DNA of 63,420 nucleotides, filler included, from Collodictyon triciliatum (GCA_043381765.1; 30 parts of 30 records of this genome joined end to end with filler, not necessarily neighbours in it), one strand, 5' to 3'. Positions 38,166-52,450 are shown, counted from the first letter of the whole stretch. The notes: generated by a model from the letters alone, not told the origin. Numbers and translations: made by a program.

Positions 38166-39933
38166 TAGAGTCACCAGAAAATATGCCTCCGCAAGAATCA
38201 AGCTCATCCCCTGAAAATGAAGCTGCCCGTAACGAATTAACTTATTAGGATAATTAGCCAAATAGATAAACGCAATGTCTTTCTTACATATTTGCTTTTT
38301 ACTCATTAATTAGCTTATCACTGTTTGTGATACTTTAGAGCTATCTCCAGTTCAACCAAAGCGCGGATTTCTGCCGCCTATTCACGTGAAAAGAGCTCGT
38401 CAGTTTTCCATGTTTTTATTTTAGTCAAGTATTGATGGCGATGCTTTTAGACTGTTTTTTTTTTTTATTAATAAATGTACTAATCATTCTAAATCGACAC
38501 ACTTTAGTGGGTTCATTCAACTCTCATCCCCGAAGAGCACCCCTGCAAAAGAAAGCAGGCATCTTTCATCTAGCATTTACATAATTTTAATATTTGGTGC
38601 GCTCCGGACGACATTTTTTTCATGAAAATATCACCTAATTTATCCTTTTTCTGATCTTTATTTTTTTTTAAAAAAAAACCATTCCCAGAACTTACTGGAA
38701 AACTTGGGACAGGAAAAAGAGTTATATTGCCTCCAATTAAACTACCAGTGCGTCAGCCGCTAGAAATACCGATGCAAATCAGCGGAACAGGACTTTTGAA
38801 ATCTTCCTCAAACACTGAGCTTCCTCCCGTTAAGGATTTGCAAATATTATCGTCTGTTGCATTCAATCATCACTTATTGAATAATGTATTCTAAATCTAG
38901 ATCAACAAAAATAAAGTATTCTAGCTCCTTTCAGAGTATGTGCTCATGTTGGCTGTCTTTCTCAATTTCTATACTATCAAGGACAATTGAAGATACGCAT
39001 GTGCCTCATTCAGCTGATACACAAGAAAAAGGAATATCAAACTCACCAGTATTTTTTAATTCCAAAATTACTCCCTTCTATGGTCAATTTCGAACTTCAA
39101 TTTTTTTTTAATTCTTTCGTTATTTCTGTCAAACCCATAACCTCTTTGGCCATATGCAAAATGTCTCTAAAATGACATCACTTGAAACAGAAAATAATAA
39201 ACCGAGCCGACATTGACCCAAACTATGCCGAAAAGAGGGTATCTTTCTGATCAATATTTTTTCCAATTGAAATCGAAATGCGAGTTTTATCCATTTTTTG
39301 CCTCATGTCATATGAATACCTTTAACAATAATCATATCCAGCTATCAGGAAACAGCTCGGTTTCTTCGCTGAATGCAGTCTCTTCAATAGCCCAGAAACA
39401 ATCTGAAATTCTCGTAGCTGCGAGCTCAAGCAAAGAAGAAGTTGTACATCCCTTTAAATTCTTTCTATAATTGTTTCTTTTACATTATCTGAACAAGCAT
39501 ATTTTTGCGTTGCTTTTTAATTATATACATTTCCACTCTCTCTGTTTCATTTCCACAGGTGAATCTAATCATGGAGGACTTTGGTGACGAATCGCTTCAC
39601 CACTTGGAACCTTTTAACAGTGGAACCTCTGTTGGTAAGAACTAAACTTTTTGCATCTCTCATTTGATGACTGTACTTTATGAGGCATATCATTATTTGT
39701 TTTAAAATTAAATTTCAAGTCATCTTTGAGAGAAGATGATTATCCTTTCAAAATAATCTATACACAAAATGAAAAACCCAGTGTGGCAGATATTGAATCA
39801 TTTAATTCAGAACTTTTCATATGTGTGTTTGCAATACTACCTTGATTATGTTCTAGATTTGATAACGGCAGCAGATTTAAGAATGCTCGCTTTTGGCACT
39901 TCCAGCCAAGACATTCCAAAGAGTTGGAAACAG
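38166..39933 (+). CDS. Multi-exon protein, possibly MINDY-4-like deubiquitinase (region upstream of the catalytic domain)
   Basis: Low-complexity exons followed by ITAADLRMLAFGTSSQDIPKSWKQ, resembling the start of the MINDY3/4 domain. The match is short. Confidence 0.35.
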
Positions 39934-40484
39934 GTATGGTCATCTTACTACATATTCAATTTTTGCGATTGTCTCCACCTTCCAATTAGAAAAGAACAAT
40001 AAATACACACACTATTTTATATGAACCATTTCGGTGCAATAAATTGAAGTAACGCACCTAAGTTTCATATGCTTGGAATTATTATGGAAAAAAATTAGAA
40101 AATTATATTCAACATTCATTCTATGTCAAGGGAATTTTCTGCAGTAGCACATTTATTCCATATGGAATATATCAAAAAGANNNNNNNNNNNNNNNNNNNN
40201 NNNNNNNNNNNNNNNNNNNNNNNNTTAATTAATTAANNNNNNNNNNNNNNNNNNNNNNNNNNNNNNNNNNNNNNNNNNNNAAAACAAAAAACAAAAAACA
40301 AAAAACAAAAAACAAAAAACAAAAAACAAAAAACAAAAAACAAAAAACAAAAAACAAAAAACAAAAAACAAAACAAAAATCATTGAGATACAGAAAAAAA
40401 TAATCATCGTTACTATGCTTTCGTTTATTATTTTTTTTTGAACGGATGCGTGAGGAGATCCGTATCGCTCCCTGACGAAGGCAT

Positions 40485-41600
40485 TTAGTGATAGAGACCA
40501 ACATGGTGTCTCGACCAGATGCAAGCATAGAATTCTTGCCCGCGCCCAAAGCAAATCCCAACGGGGTTGGTGACCGAAAGAGTTTTGATGACCTCTCCGG
40601 TTTCAGAATAGAAGGTGACCGTAGAAGAGTCATAGTCACTGAGAGCAAAGCCAGTCCCAAAACTACGGGTCAAATAGTTCCAATTTCCATCAGTTTTGTT
40701 AATACTGATATTGCGCAAGTAAGTTCCATTACTTGAGAACACATGCACACTACTTGAAGAGCGACTTGCAACCATGATTTCATCAAAGTGATTGACCATT
40801 AATCCATAAGGCCTCCAGTTCTCCTCAGATACAAGCGTTTGGTCAAAAGCTCGAACGTGATTAAGCTCTTTGTCATACATTTGAATGCGCCTGTTCCCAC
40901 AGTCTACAATATAAAAGTTTCCTTGTGAATCAAATGCGCAGTTTCTGGGGTCATCCAGTTGGTCACCATCGGAACCCCGTTTATCGATGGCCGAAAGATA
41001 ATCATGGGTTTGATCGCAAAAGAACTGAACTGAGTGTCTGTCCCAATCACTGACCGCGATACGGCCGTCTAAGGAGATAGCAATTCCACAAGGCTGCATA
41101 AATTTTCCGTCGTCTTTCCCACGAGAACCAAAACTTCCGATGTATTCCAAGTCTCTGCTAAATATTTTGACACAGTAGTTATCATTATCCACGACATATA
41201 CTTGTTGACTAGCGTGATGAACAGCGATGGCATATGGATATTTGAATTCGCAGTTTCCATTCCCTGACCCGCCTATTTCTTTCTTCAACCCTTGCATGTT
41301 CTCCAATGAAAATATAACGGGAGGGAAGGAGGCACTGAACCACTCCTGAAAGAGAGTTTGAGTGTCCTCTGCAAGATCGAGAGTGTCTTTTGCCATTAAC
41401 ATGAGATTGGGGGTTGATGGGATTGAGTTCCAATTGAAAGTGCATATCGTCTGCGTCTCCCGATACAAGTGCAAGGGGATAACTATGGTATGATTACTTT
41501 CTTTAGTCGATTGGATTTGTTTCTTTAGCGGAACGAAGCTTCTTTTGAAATACTTGGTGGCTACAACACACTGACTCTCAAATCTATTGTATGGCTTCAT
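40485..41600 (-). CDS. NHL-repeat protein, intronless, 371 aa
   Basis: GSGNGNCEFKYPYAIAV, FGSRGKDDGKFMQPCGIAISLDGRIAVSDWDRHSVQFF and QLDDPRNCAFDSQGNFYIVDCGNRRIQMY. Confidence 0.92.
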   Translation of the reverse strand: MKPYNRFESQCVVATKYFKRSFVPLKKQIQSTKESNHTIVIPLHLYRETQTICTFNWNSIPSTPNLMLMAKDTLDLAEDTQTLFQEWFSASFPPVIFSLENMQGLKKEIGGSGNGNCEFKYPYAIAVHHASQQVYVVDNDNYCVKIFSRDLEYIGSFGSRGKDDGKFMQPCGIAISLDGRIAVSDWDRHSVQFFCDQTHDYLSAIDKRGSDGDQLDDPRNCAFDSQGNFYIVDCGNRRIQMYDKELNHVRAFDQTLVSEENWRPYGLMVNHFDEIMVASRSSSSVHVFSSNGTYLRNISINKTDGNWNYLTRSFGTGFALSDYDSSTVTFYSETGEVIKTLSVTNPVGICFGRGQEFYACIWSRHHVGLYH

Positions 41601-42395
41601 CCTTTTGCGACATTCAATTCGAATCTAAGAGCGTGTGTGGTATATGAGTTGTGAAAACAGTAGTGAAAGATTATTACTCGAGATGGTAAATAAAAATGCA
41701 ACAGGGAAAGTACATATACATACACATTTTATTCGCAAATGTACCGTTAAAGGCATCTTCAATGATTTATTTGGTAAAGAGATGCAGTATAAAGAGTATT
41801 ATCGAGTCAGACAGCTAATTACTAGATAAATGAAATTGTAACACATATATATTATGAATTATGAGTCTGTCAGTAAAATAACCTTCTCGGTGATTCCAGC
41901 AAGGAGCTCGTCCATTTTATTTTGCTTGTATTGGAACAAACTTATCAGCTGATGGTCGATGGCCTCGCATAATTCACTCAACTATATTTTTAAACATAGA
42001 ATTGGAGTTTGTCATTAAATAACCATGGATCGATATCATGAGCCCATGAAGAATTACAGGGCACAAAGCTGAAAGATTTGATATCATGCGAAGGCAAAAC
42101 AAAAAGTAAGATAAAAAACAAGAATAAAAATCAAGAACAAAAAAACAAAAGACAAAAAACAAAAGACAAGAATACAAAAGACAAGAATACAAAACCAAGA
42201 ATAAAAACAAAAACAAAAACAAAAACAAGAATACAAAAACAAGAATACAAAAACAAGAATACAAAAACAAGAATACAAAAACAAGAATACAAAAANNNNN
42301 NNNNNNNNNNNNNNNNNNNNNNNNNNNNNNNNNNNNNNNTTAATTAATTAANNNNNNNNNNNNNNNNNNNNNNNNNNNNNNNNNNNNNNNNNNNN

Positions 42396-43357
42396 GCCAC
42401 ACCTGTAACTCGTTCTGACGCAAACGTGGATATTGGAGTATGTCCAGATGGTACTTTTTGTTCACCCTTCATATATTCAGCCATAGCCCTGTTTTGCACT
42501 TGCAATTTTTTTATAATATCGAGTCGTTTTATTAACTCCTGTGTGTCTTCATCTGCAAACTCAATATACTGTGCCCCGATTTTATCAAATTCTTTGATTA
42601 ATTCCGGCTTTTTCATCGTCGCATATTTATTTTCATAATAATATTCTAATCCCTCTCGAGTAGATACCTCAGGTATATAAAATTCTGCTTGTGTAATAGG
42701 ATTAATTGTCAACGGATTGATATTAATTCCATAATTCATATCAACATCTTGATCATCATATTGTTGTTGCATTTCATTTACTTCATCTTCAGTTAATGAT
42801 GAAAATCGGGGGTCTCTTTGCGGTCCTAGGGCATTTTCAATTCGAATATCTCCAGCTCTAATTTCTGCTCGACCAGCTACACCCGGTTGTCTTTGCAGTC
42901 CTTGCAATTCGCCTCGTACATCTGCTAGTCTTTGGTTTGTTGTTTCCAATGCACCAGTCATCGCATTTCGAATTTGCTCAGTTGATGGCCCACGTGGAGC
43001 TGCAGCTGCAGGTGCAGGCGCTGGCTGTTGAATATTTGATATTGCAGTAGATACAGCATCCAATTTGGTATTTGTAGGTCCTAATGCCTCCCTAAATGCA
43101 CCTCTCATAGCCTCCGTAAATTGTTGAAGTCCCATTTCTACACCCACACGCGGGTCAGCCGGACCTGCTGCTGCTTGCGCTGCTTGGGGTCTTTGAGGTC
43201 CACAAGACGATGAAGAAATTTGTGACGAACTACCTGCGCCTCCAGTTGCACTAGTACCGGATAATGTACCTGCTCCTGCTCTTGGTGCTATAGATGATGG
43301 TGGTGCGCCTTGAATTTGTGCTGGTTGTTTTCCTGCTGGTGGTCTATTATCACTCAT
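42396..43357 (-). CDS. Intronless hypothetical protein (more than 320 aa, 3'-truncated), virus-like context
   Basis: Long ORF with A/T-ending codons. ATG lies 19 nt after the upstream stop. Confidence 0.7.
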
Positions 43358-43376
43358 ATATTATTAAATAAAAAAA

Positions 43377-44410
43377 TTATAAATTAAGTCGAATATCCAA
43401 ATAAAATTTCTTTTCTACAACCCAAATTCTCAGTGTATTAGGTGGGATTCTATTGCTGTACTTTTTTTTTACTTGCCACTGAAAGCTTTCCTCCTCTGTA
43501 ATCGTTGGACCCCTACGCTGTTCTCCTTGCGTTTCATCCACATATTCATATTGAAATGCCGGTTCATCTAAATCTTGTGGGTCTGCACGTATTATTTGCA
43601 AACCTTGAATATAAGGGTCATCTTCATCTTCTTTTTCATATTCCATTGCTATCAAAGCTCCTTCATATTCATTTTCAATCATCAGCTCATATTCTAATAA
43701 TAATAGTGGTGCTTCAGCTTGTACTGTGGACTGGGTGCTACTTGAGGAACCTGGTGGAAGTCTTAATTCATATGGAACCATTTCATTGTAATACTCAGGA
43801 CCTTTTATAGGTAATCCTTTTTTTTTGATATATCTATAATTTTTTGTGTTGGTGCAATTGAAACATCATATGAGTATTTACTTGTACTACAGTTTCCTTG
43901 TTCTTTTTGTTTTCTGTCCTCAATAACTTCTATAAAGCGGTTTCGAATCGGCGCAGGTAATTGTTTTTCTATTATATATTCAAATCTAAAATTTAAATCA
44001 TATTCTTTTAATTTCAAATCTGATACACCATCATTATAATTATATGGATTCATATAATGGTCAGTTGTTGGTAATCTTAATAAATCTGCATCTAATAAAT
44101 ATATTCTAGGGCCATGTAATTTGTCATAAACAGCAGCACTATTCATGCAAATTTTATAAAAATCACAAGGCATACCTTTTTTGCAATATGTAGTTCTTTT
44201 AAAAATTCAATGCGTCGTTCATTTTCTGGTTTTTGAAGGACTCTATCTATTGATACTAAAAATTGGGGTATTGTTGAAAAAATTACAGCATGTAAACTGC
44301 CAGGACCAAGTTTAAAATCGCTTATTGCTCTTTGGTCTTTTTCTGAAGGTGTATTCCATACAATCTGAAGATATTTATCCCAAAGTTGATCCACACCATT
44401 GGCTATCATT
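43377..44410 (-). pseudogene. Intronless hypothetical gene split by two homopolymer frameshifts
   Basis: The three annotated ORFs fuse if the A-runs at about 44180 (HIAKK/GMPCDF) and about 43822 (DISKK/GLPIKGPEYYNEMVPY) are corrected. Confidence 0.6.
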
Positions 44411-44510
44411 NNNNNNNNNNNNNNNNNNNNNNNNNNNNNNNNNNNNNNNNNNNNTTAATTAATTAANNNNNNNNNNNNNNNNNNNNNNNNNNNNNNNNNN
44501 NNNNNNNNNN

Positions 44511-44546
<36 letters not shown>

Positions 44547-44644
44547 AAAAAAAACAAAAAAACAAAAAAACAAAAAAACAAAAAAAAAACACAAAAAAAC
44601 TTCATACTGGTGCATGATATACGCTCTCTATGTCTGCGGAACAG

Positions 44645-45139
44645 AGTCAGCCCAGAAGAAGTTCGCAAAAACCTTGCTTCCATCGTTTCCAAGCATTCTG
44701 ACTCCTCCCTGGATGAGCAGCAAGCCCTCGCTTCTAACCTCTTGAGCGATGATACCTTTGCCTTCAAGGTGGTCCATATATCAGAATCAATCGCCACCTA
44801 TCGTTACCTGGCTATCTATCCCTGATGGTCAACTTACCATCTTGCTGGCAGGTTCTTTCAGAGTCCATCAAGACATTTGGGGTAGAAATCCCGTCCAACA
44901 CGCTTGGGCAGATCCGAACTGTTCAGGATGCTGCAGAGTACTTTGAGAGCAGACTTGTGGAAAAGGCTCAAACGGAGGCCCAGCAAAGCAGCGACGCCCT
45001 CCAAAAAGCTCAAAGCGCCCTCCCTCACAACATCCACCACGATGTGGTTGTGCACTGGAAAAACATTCCTTCTGCAGAGCGTCCCGAGTGGAAGCGCATT
45101 TCGCCCGAGTTGCTGCCGCAGAATAGAGCGAAGCAGTGA
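44645..45139 (+). CDS. Mitochondrial ribosomal protein mL50-like, last two exons
   Basis: Intron 44769-44851. LSDDTFAFKVLSESIKTFGVEIPSNTLGQIRTVQDAAEYF...LPHNIH fits the ACP-like mL50 pattern. Confidence 0.6.
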
Positions 45140-45422
45140 TTTCGTTGTGTTGGATGAGAAAGAAAGAATAATAATAAAAAAAAAAAATCAAGAGCAAAAA
45201 GAGTCCATAAAAATGATGTCACGGCAGCGCATGAACAAATGAACCCGCTCATCGAAAGGAATCCAGCTTCCTTGTCATTTTTATGAATTAAAAGATAAAG
45301 GAAATAAGACGGGCGAATAAAAAGTAGAAGGAAAAAAAAAGGAGATGAATAAGTGAGAAAAAGGAGGAAGCGAGGGCAAGAAGAATCCAAGAGACGAATT
45401 ACGATGGGGTTTGATTATCAGG

Positions 45423-46201
45423 CTATTTTTTTGATTTTCTTGGGGTCGCAATCACAATCACAGTGATGTTGTCAGTGCTTCCCCGATGCAATGCCGTATC
45501 TGCAACAGCAGCTGCAGCATCCTTTGCTGTTCCAATTTCGAGTTTGTTTCGCACAAGGATGGATGCCTCTGCGTCAGACATGACGTCCCAAACACCATCA
45601 CACGCGATTATAATTGCCTTTAAAAAAATGGATGTTTTAAGCAGATATCTCGCATATCAAGAAAAAGAAAAAGAAAAAGAAAAAAAGGAAAAGAAAAAGA
45701 AAAGAAGAAAAAAGAAGAAAAAAGAAGAAAAAAGAAGAAAAAAGAAGAAAAAAGAAGAAAAAGAAGAAAGAAGAAAAAAGGAAAAAGAAAGTATTATGTT
45801 GCTAACATAATTGGGCGAATATGTACTTTTTAAAAAAATACTTGTTGGGATTCTTGGCCAGATTTGAGTACATGCGATGCAACGTAAGGAATTGCGGTAA
45901 CATATGGCGCGAGAAATGCGTCTCCAAAAGCGCGAGATACTAAATTAAACAATGAAGTTAACCAACCAACAAACAGATATCTTTCAATGAATCATAAAAT
46001 CAGGAGAAAAAGCATAAAAAGGACACGAGAGAAAAGGCGGACAATACAAGCCTACACACGAGGGCTTCGTTAGAAATAACATTATACCTGCAAGTATCCC
46101 ACACACCCGACCTTCTCTGACATACCCACCAAGAGTCGATATACGTGATATTTCCTCCTGAAAGTCTGGTCTGTGGTCCAAACTTAACCGCGTTGGTACG
46201 C
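45423..46201 (-). CDS. PP2C/PPM protein phosphatase, last three exons
   Basis: Exons 46201-46088, 45939-45842 and 45617-45423 give LSLDHRP..GRVCGILAVSRAFGD, IIIACDGVWDVMS and RGSTDNITVIVI. Confidence 0.93.
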
Positions 46202-46843
46202 CTAAGTAGTTGTACAATATCCAGATTCAATGTTCCTATTCATTTTCAATTGTACGGCCAACTTGTGAAATACATAAACAAACAAACAAAACAAACAAAA
46301 AAAACAAAAACAAAAAAAACAAAACAAAAAACAAACAAAACAAACAAAACAAACAAAACAAACAAAACAAAACAAAACAAAATAAAACAAAACAAAATAA
46401 AACAAAACAAAATAAAATAAAACAAAACAAAATAAAACAAAATAAAACAAAATAAAACAAAATAAAACAAAACAAACAAAACAAACAAAAAAAACAACAA
46501 AAAAAAAAAAAAAAAAAAAAAAANNNNNNNNNNNNNNNNNNNNNNNNNNNNNNNNNNNNNNNNNNNNTTAATTAATTAANNNNNNNNNNNNNNNNNNNNN
46601 NNNNNNNNNNNNNNNNNNNNNNNGGAAGGCGCGCGCATGAGCCGCGTCGAGGACGTGCCCAAGCTCGACCGCATCGAAAATGACGGGGGGGGGGGGGGGG
46701 GTTGTAGCCAGGCTTTCAAAAATACACATATTTGATGATATCAAATTCAAATTCTCTTGATCTTCTCTTTTTTTTTCTGGCAGATTTTTATTAATTAGCA
46801 AACAAGTTTTTTAAATTTATTTTCATTTTTATTATCATTATTT

Positions 46844-48433
46844 TTAGCTCTGATGTGAAAGAGACCACTTACATCCATTAGTAACTCTGAAGGGTGTGAC
46901 TGGGTTCGCTTTTGAAAGAGAAAGAAACTCATGATATAAGAGGGAATGCCTAGACCTTCCAAGAATTTTCATCATTTGATCAATATTTGAACGACTTTGT
47001 GGAGGTGAACCAACAAGAGAACCAGTTTGAGCCTCAGTTTCCAAATTATAAGCTCTTATAAAAAGCTCAAATGCGATAGACACTTTTGGTTTCTCAGTAA
47101 ATATATCACTATTTGATACTTGAACTAAGTCAAGAGGTATTACCCATTCTCTCCTAGACAGCAACATAGATAGCGACATCTGGTCGTTGACGAAGAAAAC
47201 ATATATAGGTTAAACCGCGTAAATAAAAGCCTCCAAACAGAATTAGAATATCGAATGAATTGAATTATTTACATTTGCTGAAATAATCGGTGTCATGTTT
47301 TCCAATGCATCATCATTGTTTGTTTCCTTCATAGATCTAGAAAACAATCTCAGAACGACACTGTCTGTCAGACTTAAATGAACAATCTGCTTCAAAGGGA
47401 TGAAATGTTTAGGCCAGCACAAATGCTTCTGTTCCTGAGCTCCGGCCTCAGTTGGAAGATCTTCATCTGAGAGGGCCTTGCTTATGGTCACCGGACTGTG
47501 GAAAAATGCGCTGCACTCTTTCGTGGCATGCTTCTGCGTAGTTATAGTATAGAACCACTTGGAGGCAACTTCCGGTTCATAGGATGACAAATGACCAGGA
47601 AATAATTTGAAAAAGGAGGATGAGGAATACGAGATTTGGTAATACTCATTTATTTTTGTCTTGATAAACATGATTGAAAATAAGTTGATCATCATGGACA
47701 TAACTATAATAGGGTTATCTGGATAGAAAAGCGCTTTATTACCTTTCGAAACGGGGAAATTCTTGATAATAGATGCAACCCTATCAAAATATTACGGATA
47801 CTGAGATCAGAATTTCAATATTTTGAAATAATATGAATGGAAATACAATAATGTTCTTATCAATTGATTTATATACCTTCTAGGATGAATTTCCCTAGAG
47901 TTCAGGCATTTTATTAAGGAAAACTAACCTCAGTAGAAATGGACATTTTTGTAGTTGAAGGTATGCATTTGACAATGTGATCTCATCTGTATTCGAATTT
48001 CTAACACAGTTTGAAGAAGAAAAAAAGAGTTACAACAAAGAGAGCGTTTTAAGATGTCGTCAGGTGTACTTAGAAGATTGAAATGGTATGATTATTTACT
48101 TATTTTTGTTTTATCTGAACCCATAGGATGGTAATTAATGGTAAAAAAAAAAAACCTTAGTCTTAGAGAGCAGACAGATGATGATGTCGCTAAATGATGA
48201 CGAAGATTAAATATAGATGATATTAGGAGAGAATTCGATGGGAGCAGAAACTCGTGATTTGATTCATTTAGTGAGAATTCGTGACCAACGAACGACTCTG
48301 CCCAGTCACCGTACGAAAATCCTGTCTTTTGTTTCGACCCATATGCGTCGAATACAGAGAGCCGGAAGTTTGATTCAAAATGAGACCGACTAACGAGACA
48401 AGTTCTTTGGAATGTGGGATGGCTCGTTTTCCT
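46844..48433 (-). CDS. Hypothetical multi-exon protein (possible C2-like segment)
   Basis: Coding-like exons at about 48232-48433, 47271-47597 and 46844-47179. KTSHPTF..FRLSVFDA weakly recalls a C2 domain. Confidence 0.4.
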
Positions 48434-50649
48434 ACAAAGGTTAAGATACTTAAAGAGAAAACAAACGAAAATTTGGGACAAGGAACGGGAGCAGTAGCGC
48501 AGTTTTAGAAAAGATATCAATTTTTAAATGAATATGATGTATGTATGTATGTATGTATGTATGTATGTATGTATGTATGTATGTATGTATGTATGTATGT
48601 ATGTATGTATGTATGTATGTATGTATGTATGTATGTNNNNNNNNNNNNNNNNNNNNNNNNNNNNNNNNNNNNNNNNNNNNTTAATTAATTAANNNNNNNN
48701 NNNNNNNNNNNNNNNNNNNNNNNNNNNNNNNNNNNNTTTCATATTTCTTTTCATATTTCTTTTCATATTTCTTTTCATATTTCTTTTCATATTTCTTTTC
48801 ATATTTCTTTTCATATTTCTTTTCATATTTCTTTTCATATTTCTTTTAAAATGCTTTGTTTTAAATATGATTGCAAAATAGAAGAGGCGCTGAATGTATT
48901 TTTTTTTTGAAAATATCTTACTCGTTCCCAAGGATGTAGACAGAATTGTTGAATGTCCCTCCTTTGACATCGCTTAATCCAGCAGGATATTTGGATGCAT
49001 AATTCCATCCTACAACCCAAAATTTAAGGTATATGCTAAATGTAACTACACATATTTTCAAATAGCTCTTAAATACTGGGGTTTCAAATAGAGCTGCTTC
49101 GCTTCATAAGACAGATAGGATGAAATAAATGGTATGGCCATGAACTATAATTACAGATGCTACAAATATTTCCTTTTTCCCTTTCCCTTTCCCTTTCCCT
49201 TTTTCCCTTTTTCCCTTTTTCCCTTTTTCCCTTTTTCCCTTTTTCCCTCTTTCCTTTTCATTTCTTTCAACATGATGCTTGTAATTTGAAAAACTTGAGT
49301 TGGGACCTACCTTTAAGGGTGCCCCTCGCAACACCAGAAGAATACAGGACACAATAAGCCAGAAGCACCATGGACAAAGCCCAGGACGACGGCGAGCAGG
49401 CTCTCATCTTCGTCGGGACACATAAACCCAGTGCAGGGCCCTTCGATTAGTAAAAACTTATATTTGCTGAGCCGCTTGAATGGATGCACAGGACTTTGCT
49501 GCAGTGCCAAGAATTTATCCGACAGGTTGGGACTTGCGGCTCGATCGGCGGGGCGAAACAGGCGAGTCAGGTGTGCGCTTCAGCGACAAAAAGGGACATT
49601 CGCACTTTGATTTCTGACCGCGTCTAACGTTGGTAAAGATGCGTTTTTTCCTCTTCTGGAATGGCAAACTCCAATGCCCATAATTATCTTTCAAACTTAA
49701 TTTTGCTGATTTTTTTTTTTTTGGTTACTTTTCAACAGTTCATTGAGAGAAAACAAAGCCGAGGAAACCGCCTTCGCATATAGGACAAGAAATGAGCTGT
49801 GGGCATAATTTTGCTGATTCTTGGATTCCACCCGACTTTCAGGGCTGCTCGTTGAAATTGCTTGGCTGCTTTGATGTGATGGGGGTTTAGAATAGGTAGT
49901 GTCTAAAACGATTGAATTCATCGTTTGTGTCACTAAGATGAGGCTGCCAATTGACGTAGAACCTGTGATTAACAAGTGGGTGAGGACTTGGAGCGTGAAT
50001 CTTGTATAAGTTGGACTGGTGTGGTGGTGGGAAAAGAAAAGAAATAAACGGGCTGATTTATTGTGAAAATCGCCACTATCATTCGGAAGCCATTTATTGA
50101 TTTTGACAGTGACATAAACAACCCCCGCCACTTGAAGTATTACGAATAGTAATGTACTTTTAAGCGAGCTCCTTGCTATGGAATGGAAGTATTTGATTCT
50201 TTAAAAGGAACTACAAATGCAGTGCAACATAGGCATGCAACATTTTTCACCGAGGTGAAACTCGAGCGTGCTGAGTGGAAATTATATGGTGTTTCATTAA
50301 AGATTGATCTGTAGATTTTTCACAAAGTATTTGGATTTTGCAAAGTTTTGAAGAAAATCATGAGTGAACTCGCTAAACAGAGATATTGTTAAACTTTAAC
50401 TTTTAAAAAGAAGTATTCAAACCATGTTCAAAAAAGATTATTATTATTTTTTTTTTTGGCTGATGCATGCTTGACAAATTCTCAAACATATATTCGCGCA
50501 TATTGCAATATCGACCAAAGAAATTAGGCACCGAAGCACTTTTCATCGTCATCCATCCATAATTGAATATAATAGTGACTTTATTTTAGCTTACAGATGC
50601 ATAATAAACCAGGGACGAAATGATTCACACAAAGTTGCTTGGATTCTTG

Positions 50650-50745
<96 letters not shown>

Positions 50746-51976
50746 GTGTNNNNNNNNNNNNNNNNNNNNNNNNNNNNNNNNNNNNNNNNNNNNTTAATTA
50801 ATTAANNNNNNNNNNNNNNNNNNNNNNNNNNNNNNNNNNNNNNNNNNNNAAACATACAAACAAACATACATACAAACAAACATACAAACAAACATACAAA
50901 CAAACATACAAACAAACATACAAACAAACATACAAACAAACATACAAACAAACATACAAACAAACATACAAACAAACATACAGACAAACATACAAACAAA
51001 CATACAAACATACAAACAAACAAACTCAAAGTTAAAGTATTAAGCAGATTCGAATAAAGGAAAAAAAAGTATTAAGCAGATGAAATGGTACACGTGAAAA
51101 ATACCGATGAATTTTTTTGGTTGTAGTTTAGCGGGCGGTTTTCTCCCGGATATGTAAAAAGCATTCTAAAAATTGAAGAAGCAATTCTTGAAGTAACATT
51201 CCATGTGTTTATTTAAGAATGATTCTTTAATGTTTGAATATTATACCCTGACACTGGGCACAAGATCAGGATTAAATCCACCAACACGTGAACTTGACCC
51301 CATCATTCTACTACCACGCCTAAATATTGACGTATAAATTGTATTAGGCAGGTCCAGATGCGTAATATTTTTAAGTGATGCGATACACGGTATGAATGGC
51401 AAAGTCTTTATTTATTGGTCGCGAGTGCGTGATTCCTCTTCATTTTAAAAAAATAACCTTGACTGGTTTCCTTGACTAAAGGACCGTTCTATTTTACAGC
51501 GATTTTTTTTGTTACATATACTATTAACCACGCACAATAAATAAGCAATTTTATCACTCTTTACAGTAACATATATACATACCATAGAGATTTCTTCCTT
51601 TCAGACTATTAGTGGACAGACTCACAGGAATGTTCCTATTTTATGAATAGTTAGATGCAAAATGTGAAATAAATATAGAATTAGCGTCACCACATTTGAA
51701 TCGAATAATAAAGTAAAAAAAAAATTAGAAAAAGAATTAGCGTTACCTCCTTTTTCCATCAACATCAGACTTACTGGATGGACTATAATCTGATACACAT
51801 AAATCAAACAGACACGCTCGTTAGATATTTGTCTCAAACCACATAATAAAACCACAGTTTATACATGCGTCCATAACCCTGCAAAAATAAAGCAACAAGA
51901 ACGAACGAGAGAACAATATCTTCTTCTCGACCAAGTCATCAAACATCACAATATGAAACTCGCAGCCGAAACATAC

Positions 51977-52450
51977 CTTCTGCATTCCCATCCCCAGTGA
52001 TAAAGGTAGGATCGCCCTCGATGCTTGACCGTGAAGTCTGCGGCTGTCCTTCCAATGCGTGGTCGTAGGACACACCAACAGCACCAGACGCAGCCGCAGA
52101 CAGGGGTGGGAAAACATGAACAGGGGCCAGGTTCTCTGGCTCTTTTGGCACAAGTCTTGGGAGCTGCGAATGCCTTAGCCCCTCCAGCGGGTTTCGATGC
52201 TTCTGTGCGGCTGCAGAAGTATTATTTGCGGCCAGCCTTTTCCGGTGAACGTCCATCTGCTTCAATTAGAGGCTGGCTTGGGAGTGAGTATTGCAAGCGT
52301 ATTGGGATGGAACGAGGAGATATTTAAGGATGTAGAAAAAAGTAGGTATTCTTTCGTCCCTGAAGAATGGCGCTTCAATACCAGCCACATAATGAGAGTA
52401 ATGAGTGGTCTTTGTCAAAAGTATATCGCGATATTGCTCACCCTTTACCT
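51977..52450 (-). CDS. Hypothetical protein exon(s)
   Basis: GC-richer open frame ending at a GTATG donor. No family recognised. Confidence 0.35.

Noticed and set aside
46624-46701. Short GC-rich coding-like stretch ending in poly-G
   Set aside because: Too short to interpret. It may be a chimeric end or a poly-G sequencing artefact.
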